A stretch of 49,002 nucleotides of DNA. It comes from a virus. Lineage: Duplodnaviria; Caudoviricetes. Below, piece by piece: positions 43,377 to 49,002 of this stretch; the first letter of the stretch is position 1, and every line of letters begins with the position of its first letter. The stretch spans positions 1 to 49,002 of IMG/VR virus record IMGVR_UViG_3300046789_000016. One strand, written 5' to 3'. A program made the position numbers and the translations under genes. Below the pieces are notes generated by a model. It was not told the DNA's origin. It saw only the letters and a list, made by a program, of their open reading frames with translations, and did no database searches.

Positions 43377-44236
43377 GAGTAGCGCTCGATGTTGCGGATG
43401 ATGTCGTCGATCTCCTTGGAGTCGAGGCCGATCTTCAGTCCCCGCTCGACCACGGGCGCCTGCCACTTGTCGACGCCCGCTGCCTTCAGCTTCCCGCCGA
43501 TGGCGAACAGCGTCGTGTTGCGCTGCCCCGCCTTGATCGGCTTCTTGAGCTCCTCCAGCAGGCTGGCCTGCAGCAGCAGGATCTCCTCGGGGTCCTCGCT
43601 CGCTGCGATCGCCTTGATCGCCTCGGCCTTGGCAGTCCGCTGCTGCGCGTGCTCCAGCAGACGGGTCTTCAGGAACTGCGGCAGTGGCGTGATCGGCCGG
43701 GTGTTCCACCGCTGGGTCGGCCAGTGGTAGATGCAACCCGTCCCGCGGATGTCGACGCCCTGGACGATGCCGACCTGGTCCGGCAGCAAGCCGAACCCCG
43801 TCGTCTCGTCCCAGTCGTCCTCCACGTAGTACCACAGGTGGTAGCCGTTCCCGCCCTTGCTGGTCTCCGCCAGCGTGTAGGGCAGGTTGCCTAGCGACGG
43901 CGCGTACTTCAGGCCGCCGTTCTTCCCGTCGATGTCGACGCAGAGGAGCCTCATGCTCCGGAGAACGAAGGCCATGCCGTGCTTCCCGGCGTCGTAGCCG
44001 AAGAGAGCCTTGCGCTCCAGGAACTCGCCACGGAGGTAGCGAGGCATGAAGCCCTCGCCCTTCTTGGACGTGAGTCCCCAGCCGTCCTGCGCCGCCCCGC
44101 TGACGTAGGCGCGAATGAGCGCCACGCCGTTGGGGCCGTACAGGTCTGCTGCTCGGTCGGTGATCTGCGGCGGGATGGTGTCCTCGACGATGTACTCGTC
44201 GGTCTCCCACCAGGGCTGTCGAGGGATGTTGATCAC
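43373..44236 (-). CDS. bifunctional DNA primase/polymerase (prim-pol with PriCT-like domain, 287 aa)
   Basis: LCVDIDGKNGG, ETSKGGNGYHLWY, GVDIRG and C-terminal GQRNTTLF. Confidence 0.88.
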   Translation of the reverse strand: MINIPRQPWWETDEYIVEDTIPPQITDRAADLYGPNGVALIRAYVSGAAQDGWGLTSKKGEGFMPRYLRGEFLERKALFGYDAGKHGMAFVLRSMRLLCVDIDGKNGGLKYAPSLGNLPYTLAETSKGGNGYHLWYYVEDDWDETTGFGLLPDQVGIVQGVDIRGTGCIYHWPTQRWNTRPITPLPQFLKTRLLEHAQQRTAKAEAIKAIAASEDPEEILLLQASLLEELKKPIKAGQRNTTLFAIGGKLKAAGVDKWQAPVVERGLKIGLDSKEIDDIIRNIERYS

Positions 44237-44427
44237 GCGATCACACCCTCACTCAGGTACTCGCTGCGAATCGCCTTCTCCGTCTGGCAGGGCCAGTCGG
44301 ACCGGCAGGTGGAGCAGATTGTCAGCTGCTTCTCCGTCCCCAGCCCGTGCGTCTCCTCCTTGTGGATCTCCCGAATCGTCCGTACCAGACTCTTCAGGAC
44401 CTTGTTCTGCTCCGGGTGCTTGTACAC
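44233..44427 (-). CDS. small Zn-binding hypothetical protein (64 aa)
   Basis: SD AAGGGAG; H...CSTC..DWPC.T motif; stop coupled to the prim-pol start; overlaps the helicase tail. Confidence 0.6.
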   Translation of the reverse strand: MYKHPEQNKVLKSLVRTIREIHKEETHGLGTEKQLTICSTCRSDWPCQTEKAIRSEYLSEGVIA

Positions 44428-45790
44428 CAGAGTCTCCCTTCAGTTGATTGAGTGCCATCACCGTTTCCGGCTTCAGTGCCTTGATCACGCGCTTGCTGCT
44501 CGGGATCTTGGTGTTCGGATCTCTCACCGTCTTCCAGCCGAGCTCGAAGCTCTGCTTGATGAGCGACAGCAGGTCGCCGTCGGTGCGGTCGTGCAGTCCC
44601 TGCTGCTCCGCCCACGGCTTGAAGCTATTGATGAAGACGTCCGTCGTCATCAACCCGCTCTCGAGTCTCCCGATAGCCAGAGGATCGCTCCGGCTCAGGA
44701 ACTCCAGGAACTGCAGGATCGGGGTTCCGATCCATGCCTGTTCCATCTGCAGCTCCATGCTGCCCTTCGTCAACACCAGCTTCTCTGCCACCTCGTCCTC
44801 ACGGACGTAGTGGTCGATCAGCAGGCTCAGCAGGGCGCCGAGCATCGGCTCGCTCGTCATGAGCCGGTGGAACGCCTTGTCCTGCGTGTACACCTTCGGG
44901 AAGTGGAACCGTGCCAGTCGCTTCTGCAAGGCAGAGCTCTTGTCACGGGTCTTCGGCTCGAGGTTCAGCGCCTCCAGGAACAGGGCGTTGGTCTGGACCT
45001 CCGTCGTTCCCGACTCGTACAGCATCCGAACGTGAGCGGGCTCGCCCGCGATCAGCGTCTTCTCCATCGAGCTGTCCTTGATGTAGGCCATCTCGCCGTC
45101 GAAGATCACGTTGATCAGCTTGTTGTTGAGCTCGACGCAGGTGGAGGATCTCTCCGCCATCATCTGTCGAGTCACGCTGCTGATGTTCTCCTTGCCGACC
45201 AGCGCAGAGAGCATGCTGAGCAGCACGCCCTTACCGTTGCGTCCCTCTCCGAGGAGCAGGACGTACTTGACCGCGCTGTACCCAGGGCTGAGCATCGTCG
45301 CGAGGTGGTAGAGCAGAGACTCTGCTTCCTCCTCGCCGCCCAGCCACTCGACCAGGACGCGGTAGACCTCGTCCTTGTCGTTCTGATCCTCGTTGAGGAC
45401 GGGCTGAACGTAGTTCGGCGTGAAGGTCCCGTCGTGGTCCACGAGGTTCCCACGCCAGTCCAGCACCTTCAGACCGTTCTGCGTCTTGATGAGGATGCTG
45501 ACGACGTCCTCGCTGTGCTCCAGGGCCAGCTGTCCCAGCATGAAGTCGAAGTTCCTCAGCTCCGCGTCCGTCGCGAACAGGATCTGACTCTTCGAAACAG
45601 CCAGATTCTTCTTGTCGTTCCGGGTGAGCGGGAGCCAGATACTCTCCTTCGGGTCCGGCAGCGGCTCAGGGCTGAGCGTCTGCCAGTGTACCGGGATGTA
45701 CGTCGTCGTCCCTCTCTGAACCAGTTCGTAGCTGGCTGCCAGCGTCTTAGCCGCGTTGGCCAGCTCCGTCTTGTTCTTAAGATCGGGCAT
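44249..45790 (-). CDS. SF3 (D5-like) DNA helicase / primase-associated ATPase (513 aa)
   Basis: Walker A LLLGEGRNGKG, ELNNKLINV..D and ALQKRL; SD AAAGGA; adjacent to the prim-pol. Confidence 0.85.
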   Translation of the reverse strand: MPDLKNKTELANAAKTLAASYELVQRGTTTYIPVHWQTLSPEPLPDPKESIWLPLTRNDKKNLAVSKSQILFATDAELRNFDFMLGQLALEHSEDVVSILIKTQNGLKVLDWRGNLVDHDGTFTPNYVQPVLNEDQNDKDEVYRVLVEWLGGEEEAESLLYHLATMLSPGYSAVKYVLLLGEGRNGKGVLLSMLSALVGKENISSVTRQMMAERSSTCVELNNKLINVIFDGEMAYIKDSSMEKTLIAGEPAHVRMLYESGTTEVQTNALFLEALNLEPKTRDKSSALQKRLARFHFPKVYTQDKAFHRLMTSEPMLGALLSLLIDHYVREDEVAEKLVLTKGSMELQMEQAWIGTPILQFLEFLSRSDPLAIGRLESGLMTTDVFINSFKPWAEQQGLHDRTDGDLLSLIKQSFELGWKTVRDPNTKIPSSKRVIKALKPETVMALNQLKGDSGVQAPGAEQGPEESGTDDSGDPQGGDARAGDGEAADNLLHLPVRLALPDGEGDSQRVPE

Positions 45791-45840
45791 GGTGTCCTTT
45801 CTGTTTGAGGTGGGGAGGGCTCATCACCCTCCCCGCCTGT

Positions 45841-45975
45841 TCAACTCGAAGCGATCTTGCGGATGGTGGAGAGCTGGTGTTCCAGCGCCTTCACCTGATC
45901 CGCATCCAGATCCTCTTCGACTGCTCGAAGCAACCGGGTCTCGATTGCCTCTTCGATCTTGCTGTTGTCTGTCAT
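45841..45975 (-). CDS. small helical hypothetical protein (44 aa; not in ORF track)
   Basis: SD GGGAGAG; MTDNSKIEEAIETRLLRAVEEDLDADQVKALEHQLSTIRKIASS. Confidence 0.65.
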   Translation of the reverse strand: MTDNSKIEEAIETRLLRAVEEDLDADQVKALEHQLSTIRKIASS

Positions 45976-46026
45976 GTCTCTCCCAACTGAGCAGCCGGTG
46001 TGTTCACCGACCCCACCCCAAGTTGC

Positions 46027-47283
46027 TCAGTTGACCTCGTCGTAACGAAGGATGTAGACGTGACGATCATCGTAGTCCTCCTGGGCGACTACTCCTCGTG
46101 GGAGTACCCGTCCAATGAGCTGACGACGGAGGCTGTCATCCTCGGTGTCGTCCACGATGATCATGTCCTTGCACATCTTGTCGATGCCGTCAGGACCTGT
46201 GGCCATTGATGCAGTGCCGATGAGAACTCGGAACTTGCCGTCGATGAACTCCTGCATCTTCAGGAACTTCTTCTCGGTGGACATGGAGCCGTCGATGTAG
46301 CCGTGACTCCAGTACCACTCGTCGTCCCTGTCCGTTGCCCCCTCGTACCCACGCTCGAACGTGGACCGGAGGACCTCGCTCACCGTGGTTCGCTGAGCGA
46401 ACAGGATCACCGGCCTCGGAGAGATCCCGTCCCCGTCGAGGATGCCCAGCCTCTCGGCCAGCGCCATCGTCAGTTCCTTCTCGTCCGGCGTGAGGATCTT
46501 CAGCAGAGACGTGCGCTGCTTGATCTCCATCAGGCTGGACATGATCTTCCCGCGCGTCCGATCGACGTGCAGTCGCTCGAACTCCCAGCTGAACGCCTCG
46601 TACCCGACCTCCACCTCGTGAGTGATGTCGGGAGCGTCGTCAGGCATGTACACGACGTTCGGCTGTGCAGCCAGGAAGTCGGCCGCACTGTCGAACAGCA
46701 GGAACCTCTCCACGTCCGGCGTCTTCCTGAACGGGTTCTCCACCGTCACACAGTGCCGGTAGAGGAACGCCAGGAACCCGCCGTCGTGCAGCTCCGGGTT
46801 GAGGACGTGGACCAGGCAGTAGCATCGCTCCGCGTCGTTGTAGTTCGGCGTTGCCGACCCCAGGATCACGGGTCCAGTCATGCCCCGCACCTTGCGGTCG
46901 AGCTTGACCCAGCCCTTCCCCGTCTGCCCGCCCAGCAGGTGGAACTCATCGACGATGAGCGCCTGCTTGCGAGTGACGTTGAAGTCGGACTGCCGCCACT
47001 TGGCGTGGCTGATGCAGGTCACGGTGATCCCGAGCGCCTTGCCCTCGCTCACCCACTTGGCGTGAGTGATGGGCGGCGCGATGACGAGCACGTCTGTCTC
47101 GCCACGCAGGGCCATCATCGTCAGCATGATCTTCGTCTTGCCGGTGCCGGTGGGGTAGAACACGAGCATCCTGTTGCTCTCGCACTGTTCCCACGCCTCG
47201 AAGACCGGTAGCTGGTGTGGCAGCCAGTCCTCGAACCGCGGGTCGTACGCTCCCCACTTGTCAGCTGCTTCTTGCAGATCCAT
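46027..47283 (-). CDS. SF2 DNA helicase (418 aa)
   Basis: PHQ Q-motif, TGTGKT, IVDEFH, SATP and motif VI RQLIGRVLPR. Confidence 0.88.
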   Translation of the reverse strand: MDLQEAADKWGAYDPRFEDWLPHQLPVFEAWEQCESNRMLVFYPTGTGKTKIMLTMMALRGETDVLVIAPPITHAKWVSEGKALGITVTCISHAKWRQSDFNVTRKQALIVDEFHLLGGQTGKGWVKLDRKVRGMTGPVILGSATPNYNDAERCYCLVHVLNPELHDGGFLAFLYRHCVTVENPFRKTPDVERFLLFDSAADFLAAQPNVVYMPDDAPDITHEVEVGYEAFSWEFERLHVDRTRGKIMSSLMEIKQRTSLLKILTPDEKELTMALAERLGILDGDGISPRPVILFAQRTTVSEVLRSTFERGYEGATDRDDEWYWSHGYIDGSMSTEKKFLKMQEFIDGKFRVLIGTASMATGPDGIDKMCKDMIIVDDTEDDSLRRQLIGRVLPRGVVAQEDYDDRHVYILRYDEVN

Positions 47284-47389
47284 CCGCTACCTCCTGGATG
47301 TGGTCGTCGCAGTACGAGTCACACTCGCACTCCTTGTGAGCCTCCGGCGAGCAGGCCGGGCAGGACGGATCCTTGCCAGCGCCCCTCAC
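47261..47389 (-). CDS. possible small Cys-rich protein (42 aa)
   Basis: GTGA-coupled start; CPAC...H..CEC..YC; overlaps the helicase start by 23 nt. Confidence 0.35.
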   Translation of the reverse strand: MRGAGKDPSCPACSPEAHKECECDSYCDDHIQEVADGSARSS

Positions 47390-47910
47390 TGCGTGCCCCG
47401 CACGATGGCGGGATGCGGCTTGCACGGCTCCTTGTGGAGCGGGTAGAGGTAGCAGACGTCGTCGCCAGCGGGCTTGCCGCAGCGGTGACGCAGGTACTCC
47501 TCCATGTTCCGTCCCTCGACCTGGTCGAGCTTGGAGTGCGTGTCCGGTCCTCCGGTGTAGATCACCGCTTCCGGGCTGGTCCGCGTGACCTGCGCGAGCC
47601 GACCCTCCGGGTCCAGGTTGGTTGCCGCCCAGACCTCGTAGGACTGGCCGGCGCCCTGCTGCGTCTGCACGACGACAGGAACCTGCAGTCGCTTGATCTC
47701 GTCGTTGATGTACCACGCAGCCTTCTGGAGGTCCTCGATGTGCTTCGCTCGCGCGTCGATCTCGGCCTCGTCCTTCAGACCAGCTCGCCACAGGTACTTC
47801 ATGGCGTTGCCGGTGTTAAAGTTCAGGTGCCGACCGACCTCGATGAACTCGATCCCACTCGGGTGCGAGTTGTAGTGGCTCGGGTGGTTGACCCTGTCGT
47901 TGTCCGTCAC
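47386..47910 (-). CDS. DUF3310 (SaV-like) domain protein (174 aa)
   Basis: VNHPSHY...GIE...FNTGNAMKYLWRAGLK...EDLQKAAWYI signature. Confidence 0.85.
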   Translation of the reverse strand: MTDNDRVNHPSHYNSHPSGIEFIEVGRHLNFNTGNAMKYLWRAGLKDEAEIDARAKHIEDLQKAAWYINDEIKRLQVPVVVQTQQGAGQSYEVWAATNLDPEGRLAQVTRTSPEAVIYTGGPDTHSKLDQVEGRNMEEYLRHRCGKPAGDDVCYLYPLHKEPCKPHPAIVRGTQ

Positions 47911-47980
47911 TGTGATTCTCCTTGTTGATGTGGTTGATATCCGCAGCGTTCCGCTGCATCATCGAGTAGATCTGTGTAGT

Positions 47981-48151
47981 TCATTCGATGACGGTCTTCG
48001 CGACCTTGAGTGCGGCGTACCGCAGGAACGAGGCTCGCTCGAGCCCCAGCTCCGCTGCAGCCCACTCGATCTTCTCTCGCTCCGAGACACTGGTCTGCGT
48101 CTGCATGACCTGGTCTCTCTTCTCGCTCCCCGTTGAGAGTGGCGCCGCCAT
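47981..48151 (-). CDS. ribbon-helix-helix-like DNA-binding protein (56 aa)
   Basis: VSEREKIEWAAAELGLERASFLRYAAL pattern; ATG overlaps the RuvC stop. Confidence 0.65.
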   Translation of the reverse strand: MAAPLSTGSEKRDQVMQTQTSVSEREKIEWAAAELGLERASFLRYAALKVAKTVIE

Positions 48152-48651
48152 CACACACCACCCAACGTGAGGTGGAGGTACATGACGGAGTTCCACTCCT
48201 CGAGCTTGAGCCCACCGTAGATCCCGATCCGCGCTGCGGACTCGAGGTCTCGGTGGTGGGTGGACGGGAACGTCCCACACTTCAGGGCGTCCAGCAGCTC
48301 GGTCGTCACGATCTTCTTGACTCCCGAGTTGTCCATCCACTTGAGGTAGGGCATGGCGCCCTTCAGGTCCCGTTCGAGACTCCTCATCTTGCCGTGCGTG
48401 GAGAACACGCTACCCCTGTCCCGGTACAGCTCACCGAACACGAGGCTGTTGTCGCGCGTCATGCGTGCCACGGCCTTCTGCACCCCAACGGCTGTCGCTC
48501 GTGGGTCGAACTCATCGTCCTCGGCGGTCCACAGACCGTCGACGACCTCGTGCTCGACCTCGAGACTCCGTGCCCGTGTATCGAAGTGCAGGGCCACGAC
48601 GCCGTTGTGTACGAGACCGGGATCCACTCCGATCAGGGTATAATGGATCAC
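48151..48651 (-). CDS. RuvC-like Holliday junction resolvase (166 aa)
   Basis: LIGVDPG N-terminal strand, VFGE and H.DLESAARI; SD AAAGGAG. Confidence 0.75.
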   Translation of the reverse strand: MIHYTLIGVDPGLVHNGVVALHFDTRARSLEVEHEVVDGLWTAEDDEFDPRATAVGVQKAVARMTRDNSLVFGELYRDRGSVFSTHGKMRSLERDLKGAMPYLKWMDNSGVKKIVTTELLDALKCGTFPSTHHRDLESAARIGIYGGLKLEEWNSVMYLHLTLGGV

Positions 48652-48669
48652 GAGTGATCTCCTTTCTGT

Positions 48670-48713
48670 TGGTGAGGGCGGGGCACCGGGGTCGAACCCG
48701 GCGCCCCGTCCTC
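48670..48713 (-). other. 17-bp hairpin with a TTCGA loop, ending in ACCA (tRNA minihelix-like)
   Basis: Minus strand GAGGACGGGGCGCCGGG-TTCGAC-CCCGGTGCCCCGCCCTC-ACCA. Confidence 0.5.
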
Positions 48714-49002
48714 TACTTGGTGTAGCGGTAGTCGTGCTTGACTTCCACCGTGAGTGGGAATCCCACTGCCCATGACGGTACGCTGGTCATCGCCCGTACC
48801 ATGAGCTCCTCGGTGTCTTCGAGGGTGACGGACGCCGGGCTGTTGCTCGGCTTCCACTCCACCACGATCTCATCGAGGAACTGACCGATGAGCATCGTGT
48901 TGTCGTTGTAGCTCAGCGACCCACTCAGCTTGCCGAGGCTGTAGAAGAACAGCTCACGGCACAGGCTCTGAGTGAGGATGCCACTCAGCTTCCCACCGTA
49001 GA
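48713..49002 (-). CDS. polA: DNA polymerase family A, C-terminal fragment (5' part outside the window)
   Basis: YGGKL...TQSLCRE, motif C-like GQFLDEIVVE and PSWAVGFPL...RYTK, typical of phage family A polymerases. Confidence 0.85.
   Translation of the reverse strand, partial: YGGKLSGILTQSLCRELFFYSLGKLSGSLSYNDNTMLIGQFLDEIVVEWKPSNSPASVTLEDTEELMVRAMTSVPSWAVGFPLTVEVKHDYRYTK

Noticed and set aside
48670-48745. Complete tRNA gene
   Set aside because: Only a single stem with a T-loop-like sequence and ACCA; no D or anticodon arms, and the upstream sequence is polymerase CDS.
1-49002. Prophage, integrase, reverse transcriptase/DGR or insertion sequence
   Set aside because: No recombinase, RT or transposase motifs, template/variable repeat pair or host genes were recognised in the window.

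Overview
This window is most of the genome of a high-GC, apparently lytic, short-tailed (podovirus-like) actinobacteriophage. Its layout resembles what I recall of Microbacterium cluster EK/EM phages; that is an inference I have not verified. A leftward arm (1-6640, and 42601-49002) encodes small proteins, a Pol-beta-type nucleotidyltransferase, a AAA+ ATPase, a family A DNA polymerase (3' end only), a RuvC-like resolvase, SF2 and SF3 helicases and a prim-pol. A rightward arm (7029-42467) encodes a giant ~4,450-aa protein, portal, major capsid, tail/fibre proteins, an endolysin with several membrane proteins, tail tubular-like proteins, a likely scaffold and the terminase large subunit. The main observation is that the giant protein carries an R-x-P...DFDGD signature of two-barrel RNA polymerases plus a glycine-zipper hydrophobic segment, suggesting an ejected virion RNA polymerase fused to a DNA-delivery protein. 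It sits next to an AT-rich control region containing a helically phased GTAACGA direct/inverted repeat array, many hairpins and individually terminated mini-genes. A ~600-nt hairpin-dense non-coding tract lies nearby. I saw no integrase, tRNA, CRISPR array or tape-measure gene. All functional calls come from reading motifs by eye; no searches were run.
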